From Octopus sinensis (Eukaryota): a stretch of 64,000 nt of DNA. The stretch covers positions 1,240,001 to 1,304,000 of the forward strand of contig NC_043024.1 of the NCBI RefSeq assembly GCF_006345805.1, in the 5' to 3' direction. Positions 25,722-38,212 of the stretch are shown in pieces. Made by a program: the position numbers and the translations under genes. The first letter of the stretch is position 1. Each line of letters starts with the position of its first letter. The notes under the pieces are model-generated. The model worked only from the letters and a program-made list of their open reading frames with translations, had not been told where the DNA came from and searched no databases.

Positions 25722-26340
25722 CCCTTTCGTTACCAACCCGGCTGAAACTGGCTCTGAGTACAAATGCCATGTTTCCAAAAGTTCTGAATTAAAATCTTCC
25801 AGCAAACCTTAGTCACAATTTATGTTCCCAACACTAGTTTAATGATAACTAAGTTATTTTAATAAATTCTTTATGATATTTAAAATAATTGAGAGAAACA
25901 CAGAGCATCTCAAAATAAATAGAGTAAATAGGCGCAGGAGTGGCTGTGTAGTAAGTAGCTTGCTAACCAACCACATGGTTCCGGGTTCAGTCCCACTGCG
26001 TGGCATCTTGGGCAAGTGTCTTCTGCTATAGCCCCGGGCCAACCAATGCCTTGTGAGTGGATTTGGTAGACGGAAACTGAAAGAAGCCTGTCGTATATAT
26101 GTATATATATATATATATGTATATGTGTTTGTGTGTCTGTGTTTGTCCCCCTAGCATTGCTTGACAACCGATGCTGGTGTGTTTACGTCCCCGTCACTTA
26201 GCGGTTCGGCAAAAGAGACCGATAGAATAAGTACTGGACTTACAAAGAATAAGTCCCGGGGTCGAGTTGCTCGACTAAAGGCGGTGCTCCAGCATGGCCG
26301 CAGTCCAATGACTAAAACAAGTAAAAGAGTAATGAAAGGG
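25722..26340. mobile_element. piggyBac-type MITE interrupted by a family A SINE (25930-26330)
   Basis: Starts TTAA|CCCTTTCGTTAC and ends GTAATGAAAGGG|TTAT. The TIRs match at 11/12 and the TTAA target is mutated on the right. Confidence 0.7.
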
Positions 26341-26484
26341 TTATATTACCCACAACGAGAAAATATTTGCGTAAAGAACTTTATGGACAACATCGTATTA
26401 TTGTCATTGTTTTAACATTCACTTTTCCATGCTTGCGCAAGTTTGACGGAATTTGTTGAAGCAGATTTTGTATATATATTGCCC

Positions 26485-28341
26485 ACTGTGTGGTAAGAAG
26501 CTTGCTTCCCAACCACATGGTTCCAGGTTCAGTCCCAGTGTGTGGCACCTTGGGCAAGTGTCTTCTGCTATAGCCTCGGCTCAACCAAAGCTTTGTGAGT
26601 GGATTTGGTAGACGGAAACTGAAAGAAGCCCATCATATATATGTGTGTGTCTGTGTTTGTCTGTCCCTCCATCACCACTTGACAACCAGTGTTGGTGTGT
26701 TTACATCCCCATAACTTAGCAGTTCGTCAAAAGGGACCAATAGAATGAGTTTGAGGCTTAAAAGATAATTTCTGGAGTCGATTTATTTGACTAAAAATTC
26801 CAGGTGGTGCCCCAGCATGGGCACAGTCTAATGCCCGAAACAGGTAAAAGATTAAAAACAAAAGACATACGGGTGGCCCAAAAGTAGGTTTTCAGTTATT
26901 CAACTCTCTCTCTTTTGCGTTCATATATTTACAGTTTAGATCTTAATTATAAAAAATAGGCGCAAGAGTGGCTGTGTGGTAAGTAGCTTGCTAACCAACC
27001 ACATGGTTCTGGATTCAGTCTCACTGAGTGGCATCTTGGGCAAGTGTCTTCTACTATAGCCTCGGGCTGACCAAAGCCTTGTGAGTGGATTTGGTAGACG
27101 GAAACTGAAAGAAGCCCGTCATATATATGTATATATATATATATGTATGTGTGTGTCTGTGTTTGTCCCCCCACCATCGCTTGACAACCGATGCTGGTGT
27201 GTTTATGTCTCCGTCACTTAGCAGTTCGGCAAAAAGGGACCGATAGAATAAGTACTGGGCTTACAAAGAATAAGTCCCAAGCTCGATTTGCTCGACTAAA
27301 GGTGGTGCTCAAGCATGGCCGCAGTCAAATGACTGAAACAAGTAAAAGAGTATGAAACCATATACACGTATATGCATGTGTGTGTATCTGTCCGCTCATG
27401 TCTCCTTGTCCACCTTCCATGCTAGCAATGTGTTGGATGGTTTGACAGGAGTTGGCCAGGCAGAAGACTGCACCAGGCTTCTGTGTCTGTTTTGGGAGGG
27501 GTTTTTTTGTGGCTGGATGCCCTTCCTAACACCAACCTCTCTGTAGAGTGAACTGCTTTTTATGTGGCACCAGCATAAGCAAGGTCAGTTTTGGAATGGT
27601 TTTTACAGCTGGGTGCCCTTCTAAATGCCAACCACTTTACAGTGCGGACTGGATGCTTTTTACATGGCACCAGCTAAAGGGTTAAGGGTTACGTATGTCT
27701 GTTGAGGGCTCAGTTTTGCAGGCTGATCTGTTGATCGGATCAATTGGAACCCTTTTCGTTATACCCGATGGAGAGCCAGGCCAGGTTTCTTCTGATCTCA
27801 TTACAACCTTTATCTCATCAAAGCTGGTCAAGTATCTCTCTTGTACTCTTAAATTCTTATCTAAGAAGGTTTTCACCCGTCAACTCACAATTCCGTTCAT
27901 TGTGTTTATGGGGTCGATGAAATTCAATTTAATTTAATTTGTTTTGTTTTCATAATCTCCAATCTTTGTGACTTAAGTGGTAATCTTTTAGATCGTTAAC
28001 ACTAACAACCATTGATTGGTTGGTAGCGTTTTCAGTCGTTAATTGTCCAGAAACCATTTTTGTTCTATATCTGCAAGTATACGGAAACTGACGGAAACTG
28101 AAAGAAGCCTGTCGTATATATGTATATATATATATATATGTGTGTGTCTGTGTTTGTCCCCCTAGCATTGCTTGACAACCGATGCTGGTGTGTTTACGTC
28201 CCCGTTACTTAGCGGTTCGGCAAAAGAGACCGATAAAATAAGTACTGGGCTTACAAAGAATAAGTCCCGGGGTCAATTTGCTTGACTAAAAGGCGGTGCT
28301 CCAGCATGGCCGCAGTCAAATGACTGAAACAAGTATAAGAG
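26485..28341 (+). mobile_element. Cluster of same-orientation family A SINEs (26485-26853, 26958-27350, 5'-truncated 28091-28341) upstream of the first recognised exon
   Basis: Direct sequence similarity to 2307-2726. The truncated copy starts with a duplicated ACGGAAACTG. Confidence 0.85.
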
Positions 28342-28734
28342 TATACTATTTCGTTAGTGTTAATTTGTAAATCTAGGACAATATTTTTTTTTCTCCCCTT
28401 TTTAAGATTTCAGTTGGTTACAAACATTTACTAATTTAAAAATAGAAAACAAGCCTTATGGAGTGGATTTTATCAGAAAGAGGGCACAAGCACATTTTAT
28501 TAAATGCATTTTGCTATCGTTTAGATAAAAAAAACTTCAAAATGGAAAAGATGTGCTGAATTAACTGTCTTTTGTGGAATTGCCAGATGGCCCCTTTTTT
28601 TTTCTTTCTTTCTTTTGCATCATCTCATCATTTCAGTTTTTCCCTTAAATGTCTCAGAAATACTTAACCAGTCTTTGGTTTTATTAAGGACATTTCAAAA
28701 TAATCGTTGTCTTCTGCTGTTTTTTTTTTTGCAG

Positions 28735-28895
28735 AACTACCCAAAGACATCGATGCCAGCCAGCAGTCCAAACACGAGCAGTAGCCAGTCGAGTAACCAG
28801 AGCCAGTCGGGAGAACAGCTGAGCAAGACGAATCTCTATATCCGCGGATTGAGCAAACACACCACTGACAAGGATCTTCTGGCCATGTGTGAAAG
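28735..28895 (+). CDS. shep: shep/RBMS-family RNA-binding protein, internal coding exon (Ser-rich linker plus start of RRM1): [53 protein letters not shown](S)
   Basis: A poly-T tract and CAG acceptor end at 28734, and an AG|GTAAG donor follows at 28896 (phase 0 to phase 2, 161 nt). The motif [12 protein letters not shown] (RNP2 of RRM1) is diagnostic of RBMS1/2/3, shep and sup-26 as recalled from known sequences. Confidence 0.96.
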
Positions 28896-29856
28896 GTAAG
28901 CCGACACCGTTGTACCACCATCATCATCAGCATATACAGCACTGCTATTACCACCACCACTACCATCATCATCAGTATTTGCAGCACTGTCATCATCAAC
29001 ATCATCATCTTCGTTTAACGTCCGCTTTCCATGCTAGCGTGGGTTGGACGGTTCAACTGGGGTCTGGGAAGCCAGAAGGCTGCACCAGGCCCAGTCTGAT
29101 CTAGCAATGTTTCTACGGCTGGATGCCCTTCCTAATGCCAACCACTCCGTGAGTGTAGTGGGTGCTTTTTACGTGCCAACATTATCCCCACCACCATCAC
29201 CATGTATGATGATTAATCATTATCACTATCAGCATCAGCAGAAAAAGTACCTATGCAGTCATTCAACCTGCTAGAAATAGCAGTCAAATTTAATTTAAAT
29301 TTGCGCTGCTATTTTAAATATGCAGTCTGATGTTGAAATGAGGGGCTAATGTCTTGCATTTCTTGCTCAGTCTCAGAGCTCCCTGGGGCCAGACAACAGC
29401 TATGGTGTCTTTCTCTCTGAAAGAGTAAACCTTTTCTCTTTTACACGTTTCAGGGTTTACTTGAACAAATTGACCCCAGTACTAATTTTTTAAAGTTTGG
29501 TACTTACTCTATCGGCCTCTTTTGCTGAATCACTAAGTTACAGGAATGTAAACAAACCAACATCAATTATCAAGTGATGGGGTACAAACGCTGACACACA
29601 CACAATGGGCTTCCACAGTTTCCATCTACCAAATCCACCCACAAGGCATTCTAGTTTGCCTGCAACTGTTTACTTTTTTGCTCAGGTGGAGAGCAAAGTT
29701 AGACACGGGGGCCCAGGTCTTTGAGGGTTAACTTTGTTTTGTTTCTTTGTTCTTTTAAAAATCTGGTTATTTTAAAAAGAAAATGTTTGGTTTTATTAAT
29801 TTTTTTTTTTATATTAACGAATTATTGCAAAATTAAATTTCACCTTTTATTTCCAG

Positions 29857-29915
29857 CTATGGGAAAATTACCTCTACTAAGGCTATAATCGACAGTCAAC
29901 TTTCAACATGTAAAG
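29857..29915 (+). CDS. shep: shep/RBMS coding exon, RRM1 middle: (S)YGKITSTKAIIDSQLSTCK(G)
   Basis: Acceptor CCTTTTATTTCCAG ends at 29856 and donor AAAG|GTAAG starts at 29916. The 59-nt exon runs phase 2 to phase 1 and matches the RBMS pattern YGKIVSTKAILDK..KCKG. It is not in the ORF track. Confidence 0.95.
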
Positions 29916-32900
29916 GTAAGTTATTTTGACTAGTGTATGTCCATACATGTGTCCTCTCCATCTTTTTCTCTCCTGCTCCAGCTAGGGAAGCCATGTACCT
30001 CTTCCTCAGCAAGAAAACCTTTTTCTGTCCCCCATCATGCCTTCAGCTTTTTCAACCCTACACATCCTCCCCACTCAGTTGAGGGGTTCTTGTCTTGCAA
30101 GTTACTTGGTGACCTCACTAGTACTAGTGTCAGGAGAAAAAAAAGCACCTGACACACTCTGTAATATGGTTGGTTTTAAGGAAGGGCATCCAGCCATATA
30201 AACCGTGCAGAAGCAGTCATTGAAGTTTGGCGCTGTCCTCTTGCCCATCAGCTCCTCCTGCACTGTCCAACCTATACCAGCATGGAAAATAGACATTAAA
30301 CGATGATAATTATATATGTATATCATCATCATCGCTGTTTAGTGTCTGCTTTCCATGCTGGCATAGATTAGACAGTTTTACTAAGAACTGGCAAGCCAGG
30401 CTCCTATCTGATTCGGCATGGTTTTTCTATGGCTGGATGCCCTTCCTCTGAGAGTGTAGTGGGTGCTTTTATGTACCACTGGCACAGGAGCCAGTCAGGC
30501 GGCACTGGCATCGACCATACTCAAATGGTGTTTTTTATGTGCCAGTCAGGCAGCATTGGCCATGCTGATATATATATACACACACACACACACACACTTG
30601 TTTCAGATATTAAACTGTGGCCATGCTGGGGCAAGGCCTTGTAGAATTTTAGTCAAATGAATCAACCCCAGTACTTATTATGTTTTTGTAAAGCCCTGTA
30701 CTCGATCTCTTTTGTTGAACCGCTAAGTTATGGAGATGTAAACAGACTAACACTGGACAAAAGCATGCACACACATACATATATATCTCAGGCTTCTTTC
30801 AGTTTCCGTCTGCCAAATCCACTCACAAGGCTTTGGTTAGCCTGAGGCTGTAGTAGTAGACACACTTGCCCATACTATTTGCAGTCCTTGAACCCATCAG
30901 ATCCTGTCATATCTTATTTCTTTATTGCCCACAAGAGGCTAAACACAGAGGGGACAAACAAGGACAGATGTAGGTATTAAGTCGATTACATCGACCCCAG
31001 TGCGTAACTGGTTCTTAATTTATTGACCCCGAAAGGATGAAAGGCAAAGTCGACCTCGGCGGAATTTGAACTCACAACGTAACGACATGAAATACGGCTA
31101 TGCATTTCGCCCGGCATGCTAACGTTTCTGCCAGCTCTCCGCCTTGTCATATTTGTCCTGCCCTTAACCAGCAGAGAACATTGATGTTAAATGATGATGA
31201 TAATTACACAAAGAGCTAAATGATTCTGTCTGTTACATAAACAAGTGGCTTATTATCATAGCTCTCCGTAGTCATCATCATCATCAGCATCATTTTATGG
31301 TCAACTTCCTCTATTATGGCATGGGTTGAGTGACACCTCTTGAGGCAGTATTGTGTAGCCAGATGCTCTACTGACCTTTACTTGTTTTCAATGGCCTTCA
31401 TATTTCCAACTGCATAGTTACAGGACATAAACAAATGTCACCACTGCCCAAGTCTGCTGAATGACCACACACACACACACACACACACACCACACACACA
31501 CACACACACACAGCAGGCTCCTACACAATTAATGACCACCAATTCACTTGAAAGGCATTGACCAACCACCCAAGGCTGTGGTTGAAGACAGTTGACCAAT
31601 GCACAAGTTGGGGGAGTATAAGAAATGAAGAGAAAATATTCATTCTTAATTCATTCCGACCAATTCAAAAGATGGAAATGCTAATTGCTGTTGTCTCTGG
31701 AAAACAACTTCATATTTCGGGTGTTGCGAGGTTGGCTTGGTCGGTGCATGCAATGGTGGGGCCAGTAAATGAAGATTTATTTCATTGGTTGTGTGAATAA
31801 TAACTGAAGCACACTTAGAAACATCTTTGACTGAAATATTTATTGCCAGGCATAAAAGATGTTGGGTGTCGGCTATTTACACTGAACAGCATAAATGTTT
31901 ATTGACTGGGAAAGAGAGAGAGAGAGAGAGGGACTGCTCTGCAGTCATAGAAAGCTATCTGTGGGATGTCATGCAGTTGGCCCAAAAATATGTGAAGTCA
32001 ACTGCACTCTAAGTTGCATGCCAGTTTTTGTAGGGAACTGAAAGCCAAATTCTAGAACATTTGAGAAAACGCTGTCATGCCACAACCTCATGTTGATCCG
32101 TTGGTTGATAGAGCAATCACATGAAACTACAATGGTTTGTTCACGGTGTCTGAGTGATTATCTTAGCAGTTGAGGTTTTGAAACTCCACAACACAGGCCA
32201 TGTGTTGTGTTCACAACACAATTCATTGAGGTAGCAGTTTAGCAATTCTATTAGTCTGAAGATATCTTCAATTGTTACTAATAAGTGGATGACGATATTG
32301 TATGGAGTCTGTTTTAGCTTCTGACATTTTGTTCAGTCTCCATGTCTTTAGAGTTTATCTTTCCAAAGACAAAGAATCTCAAAGGTGGTGCTACCAAGTA
32401 TTGCAGGCTTGAAGAATATTCTTGAAAACCAACTCAGATATTAATCAATCAAACAAATAATCTTCCACCACTCCTTGATAGTGAGTGCCACTTATGGAAA
32501 GCAATCTTGTTAGTTTAAAAATCTCTTCAATTGTTGCCAATAAGTGGCTGATGACTTGGTACAGAATCTGTCTTGGCTTCTGACATTTTGTTTTGTCCTA
32601 GGAACTTTCTTTAGTCTCCATGTCTTTTCCTTTAGAGCAGTGGTTTTCAGGCCCTGTGATTCCTATCTTACCCAAGGAGGGAAAACCCTTGTAGCTATTC
32701 GATGTCTAAAAATTCCTATTATATTTTTTAATGATTAAATACTATGAGGAATAGTATTTAGAAAAAAAAAGGTTAATATTTTGTGTATTGTAGAGATAGA
32801 TCCAGTTTCTAGCACATAAGTTTTTAACAACAAAGTCTTATACAGACCCTGGTTGAGAGGCACTGCTATAGAGTTTATTTCTCCTAGAAGGGGAAGAATC

Positions 32901-32965
32901 TCAAAGATAGCACTGCCAAATATTGCCTCCTTCAGGATTTCCTAGAAAACCCACTCAGCCATTAA

Positions 32966-33176
32966 CCGTTTGGCATTCAGATTATTCTGTCAAATGTAAT
33001 GCTTATTTATTCCTGTTGTTTTGTATTAAACATGAATTATCTCACAGCTTTGAGTATTTGATGATGTGATAGTCTTGTTCTTAGAATGACATTGTAGGGT
33101 ATGTTGGAGAGGCTAGATCTGGTCAGTTTGAACATAAAACAGGCAGAATATTTTGGCTGCTTTGAATGCCAAAGGG
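32966..33176. mobile_element. Complete piggyBac-type MITE (211 bp)
   Basis: Starts TTAA|CCGTTTGGCATTCA and ends TGAATGCCAAAGGG|TTAA (13/14 TIR match, TTAA on both sides). Partial copies lie at about 1840-2100, 16435-16650 and 45445-45580. Confidence 0.85.
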
Positions 33177-34407
33177 TTAATCAGTGAACAACATACCCAT
33201 TTCCCTGACACTTAATGAATAATATAGCAATGAGGGAGCCTCTATGTGGTCACTCTACCTGCTAGAAATAGTTACTAAGTATCATCTTTCAAACCACTTC
33301 CTACTGCTTTGAAAGAAGAAAGGACACATTCGGTAATGTAGTCACTGATATATGGAATGGTCATGGCTGGAACTCCTTTGACCATATATCTATTTAATCG
33401 GGGGAATCAACTAATGGAAGTGTTCCCTTAATCCACACATGGCCACATCTGTTTAACATTACAAAGATGTTTGAAAAATAAAAACAAAGCAAAAAAAAAT
33501 CCAGATAGGAGATCATAGCTGCTGCAACCCCTTTGATCACAGGTTTGCTTTATCTGGGCTGACCTGGGGTTAAACAACAGCAAGTGTTGTAATTTTCAAA
33601 ATCCTGATGTTTTTAGCAGAAAAGATTTATGGGTAACAGATAACCTTGATGTTATATAAAGAAATCTGGTTTTTCACCTCTGTTGGAACAACTTTTACAT
33701 CAATTTTCTTACTTTATTCTGCTGTAGTAGCCATGAGTTCCAATTCTATATTTCTTAGAAAAAGGATTTAGATAATGTTCACTCTTTACATCGGTCATCA
33801 TCCTGGTCTCCTCATCTTGGTGGTTATTTTCACTAAGTTTCAGCCGTTGTACACTCCAGCTTTTTTCAGGTGTCCTGTCAATGCTCTGCATTCACCAACA
33901 CCTTCATCCCTGTGTCCCTTGTTAATCATAATAACAATGTCACTGATTTTGTTAAGAGTTTAAGGGTATACAGTACATTCCAATGCAGTTTATTTTAATA
34001 CAACGATTAGATGGTCCCAGTTGCGCAGATTATCTCATTAAAAGTGTGGCTGTGTGGAAAGAAGCTTGCTTCCCAACCACATGGCTCTGGGTTCAATTCC
34101 ACTGCGTGACACCTTGGGCAAGTGTCTTCTACTCTAGCCTTGGCCCAACCAAAGCATTGTGAGCGGAGATCATAAACAGGAACTGAAAGAAGCTTGCAGT
34201 ATATATATATCATCATCATCACTATTTAACATCCGCTTTCCATGCTAGCATGGGTTGGATGGTTCAACCGGGGACTGAGAAACCAGGAGGCTGCACCAGG
34301 CTCCAATCTTGATCTGGCAGAGTTTCTATGGCTGGATGCCCTTCCTAACGCCAACCACTCCGAGAGTGTAGCGGGTGCTTTTTACGTGCCAGGGGAGGCT
34401 GGCAGCG

Positions 34408-34449
<42 letters not shown>

Positions 34450-34994
34450 TACATATATTAGCATACCCATGTTGGCTGAATTGCTGACAGTTTTATTAAT
34501 GATAGAGAATGGCAGATGAGCACAATGGGGGGAAACCATTTCTAAATGTCAGCAATCCAGTAAATATATGTTCTTACACAGAATGGAAGCACTTGAAGAA
34601 TCAGATACGATTGTAACGTCTCAGTTGAAAATGTCACCCATATAATAATGTATGTTTGTGTGTATGTAAATATATTTATACACACACAAACACATACATG
34701 CAGCTATATAGACATATTTGTACATATAAATACATATATTTATTTTATAGACATATCTTTTCTCCCTCTCTCCCTCTCTATCTATATATATATTAAGCGG
34801 CGAGCTGGCAGACACGTTAGCACGCCGGGCGAAATGCTTAGCGGTATTTCGTCTGTCGTTACATTCTGAGTTCAAATTCTGCCGAGGTCGATAAATAAAG
34901 TACCAGTTTCGCACTGAGGCCAATGTAATCGACTTAATCCCTTTGTCTATCCTTGTTTGTCCCCTCTATGTTTAGCCACTTGTGGGCAGTAAAG

Positions 34995-35029
<35 letters not shown>

Positions 35030-36289
35030 CATCATCATCATCATCATCGTTTAATGTCTGCTTTCCATGCTAGCATTGGTTGGACAGTTCAACTGGGGTC
35101 TGGACTGCCAGGAGGCTGCACCAGGCTCCAGTCAGATCTGGCAGTGTTTCTACAGCTGGATGCTCTTCCTAATGCCAACCACTCCGTGAGTGTAGTGGGT
35201 GCTTTTTATGTGCCACTGACACAGGTGCCAGATGAGGCTGGCGAACGCCCACGCTCGGATGGTGTTTTTACTTGCCACTGGCACGGAGGCCAGGCGAGGC
35301 TGGCACGGCCATGATCGGATGGTGTTTGTTACGTGCCACCAGTACATACTCATACCTATTTATGTACATATGGATGTGTGTATGTGAAACATAATTTATG
35401 ATGAAAATTTAATTCCATTTTCATGAAAATCCTGGTGAATTCAGAGCCCATTACAGTTTGGCTGCAGTTAGTCACCTCTGACTGTCACTCACTGCCACTC
35501 CATTAAATGTTGTTCAACTGCTTTAGCATCTCTCACTGCCACCCACTCCCACTCCATCTGTTGTGTTACTCTTCTTTGCCAGGGACACTCTCTGCATTTT
35601 TTATTATATACGAAGATGTGTTTGTGTGTCTCTCTGTCTGCCTTTGCATTTATGTTTGTCCCACAACACTGCTTTACAACCAGTGTGTGTGTGGGTGGGT
35701 GTTTACATCCCCCATAACTTAGTGGTTCAGCAAAAGAGACCGACAGAATTAGTACCGGGCTTAAAGAAGAAAGCATAAGTACCGGGGTCAAATCGTTCAT
35801 TATAGATTCCTGAAAATAGTTCCCCAGTCTGGTTGCAGCCCCATGGCTGAGACAAGCAAAAGGTAATATATAGGTAAAAGATAACACAGGCGTAGGAGTG
35901 GCTGTGTGGTAAGTAGCTTGTTTACCAACCACATGGTTCCGGGTTCTGTCCCATTGCTTGGCACCTTGGGCAAGTGTCTTGTACTATAGTCTCAGGCCGA
36001 CCAAAGCCTTGTGAGTGGATTTGGAAGACGGAAACTGAAAGAAGCCCGTCGTATATATGGATATGGATATATATATGTGTTTGTGTGTCTCACCCCAACG
36101 TCGTTTGACAACCGATGCTGGTGTGTTTATGTCCCGTAACTTAGCAATTCGGTAAAAAAAAGACCGATAGAATAAGTACTAGGCTTTTAAAGAATAAGTC
36201 CTGGGGTCGATTTGCTCGACTAAAAGGCAGTGCTCCAGCATGGCCGCAGCCAAATGTCTGAAACGAGTAAAAGAGTATTGAACACAAGT

Positions 36290-36470
36290 TCTCCAGCTGC
36301 TCGGACCCTCTTGTCCAACCAGCTCATGATGTTGTCCACCCATTGCGTCCTTGGCCCATCCCATCTTCCACTCCCCTCCACTCTTCTTTCCATGACAATG
36401 TCTTCCAAACCTCTGCTTCTTCAAATGTGGCCATAATAAATGAGCTTTTTTTGTTTTGTCTTGTCCCTGC
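36290..36470 (-). mobile_element. Decayed RTE-clade LINE ORF2 3' fragment, ~100 bp upstream of the RNP1 exon
   Basis: The minus strand reads KQKKLIYYGHI*RSRGLEDIVMERRVEGSGRWDGPRTQWVDNIMSWL, matching the RTE pattern KL.YFGHI.R...LE..IMEG.VEG.R.RGRPR..W.DNI..W. Confidence 0.8.
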
Positions 36471-36566
36471 ACCAGTTGTTCCAATTGACCCCTTCATTTA
36501 TTACCGAAACCCCTCAACAAACCTTCAACAATATACCCCTATAATGTTTTCCTTCTTGTTCTTCAG

Positions 36567-36658
36567 GCTACGGGTTTGTCGATTTTGAGACTCCACAAGC
36601 TGCTGAATATGCAGTCCAAGAATTACAAGCCAGTGGTTTTCAAGCACAAATGGCAAAG
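36567..36658 (+). CDS. shep: shep/RBMS coding exon, RRM1 RNP1 and end: (G)[30 protein letters not shown]
   Basis: Acceptor CCTTCTTGTTCTTCAG ends at 36566 and donor AAG|GTTCGT starts at 36659. The 92-nt exon runs phase 1 to phase 0. KGYGFVDF (RNP1) and QAQMAK are conserved in RBMS/shep. Confidence 0.95.
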
Positions 36659-37198
36659 GTTCGTTTCTATTTCTTGGAGTTCTTTGAGTTAAATCTCTTT
36701 TCAGGTGTTTTTTGTCTTTGAGCGGAGAAAACTGATTCTGTTGCTTGGATGGAATGCATAAAGTGAACGCTACCAGTGTGTGTGTGTGTGTGTGTGTTTG
36801 AGTAAGTGCTTATATGTCTCTGCTAAGCTTTGTACAATGTGTGTGTGCGTGTTTGGGTTCCTGTGTGTGTGTGATTAGCTCTGCAGAATATGTTTGGCAG
36901 TGTGTGCGTGTGTGCTTACGTCTCTGTGTGTTTGAATGTGTAAGTGTTGTTGTTGTGTGTGCTTTGTACAATATGTTTGGCCGTGTGAGTGTGTACGTGT
37001 ACCTGACTGTGTGTATGTATGTGTGTGCTTATGTGCTGTGTATGATGTGTTTGAATATGCGTTCACGTGTGTGCTAAGCTTTGTACACATTATGCTCGGC
37101 TGTGCGTGTGGGAGAGAGAGAGAGAGAGATGTGTTTGTGTGTGCATGAATGGCTAATTTGGGTGTGTGTGTGTTGTTAGCTCTGTACAGTGTGCTTAG

Positions 37199-37237
<39 letters not shown>

Positions 37238-38212
37238 TGATTTTTCTCTATGCATGGTTGGGTAAATGTGCGTGTTTAGTACAATGTGCTCGGGTGTGTG
37301 TGTGTGTGTGTGTGCTTTATCTGCTTGAGCATGCATTTGCAAGAGCGTCTTTGTTGGGGGAGGGTGTTGGTGGGAGTGAAGGAGAGCAGGGGAGGAGGAG
37401 GAGGAGGGAGGCGCTCACTCGATGTCCGTCATGCAGCAACAGCGAAGTGTGGCTGTTTCATAACCAGGCAGATGGTAAGGGACACGGCCCGTTGCCTGTT
37501 CACTTATTGATTTGTGCTGTGTGTCGTCTTTGTATGAAAGAAAAAGAAAAACAAACAAAACAAACAGGAAATTGTGAGGAAGAAGAAAGAGAAGAAAGAA
37601 TAGGGAAAAGACTCAGCAAGTGTCAATAAACAGTTTAATAATTTTGGAGAATGTTTGTTGTGGGTCTCGGAGACAACATCGACATTTTAGTTGGGATTCT
37701 TCGTTAGTACAGAGACGTGTGTGTGGGTATGGGTGTAAATATAGAGGTAGATGGTGGGGAGCTGGGAGGCACGTTGGCACACCGGGCGAAATGCTTGACA
37801 GTATTTCGCCTGTCGCTATGTTCTGAGTTCAAATTCTGCCGAGGTCGACTTTGCCTTTCATCCTTTCGGGGTCGATAAATAAAGTACCAGTTACGCACTG
37901 GGGTCGATATAATCGACTTAATCCATTTGTCCCCTCTGTGTTTAGCCCCTTGTGGGCAGTAAAGAAATAGGTATATAGGTAGATAGGTGTGTGTGTGTAT
38001 ATATATCATCATCATCCCATGCTGGTATGGTTTGAACAGTTTGACTAAGGACCAGCAAACCAGGAGGCTGCACCAGGCTCCAGTCTGTTCCGGCAAGGTT
38101 TCTACAGCTGGATGCCCTTCCTAATGCCAACCACTCTGAGAGTGTAGTGGGTGCTTTTTACATGCTACAGGTATGGGGCCAGTCAGGTGGCACTGGATAT
38201 ATATTTAAGAAC

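Noticed and set aside
27682-28085. Short ORFs on both strands in high-complexity sequence
   Set aside because: The start is shared with a repeat at about 46060-46120, the frames are interrupted, and no domain is recognisable.
33845-33876. Pyrimidine tract with CAG|GTGTCC (similar sites at 29685 and 36704)
   Set aside because: The donors are poor, the 36705 extension would frameshift (46 nt), and 33700-33960 looks like a decayed antisense RTE piece.
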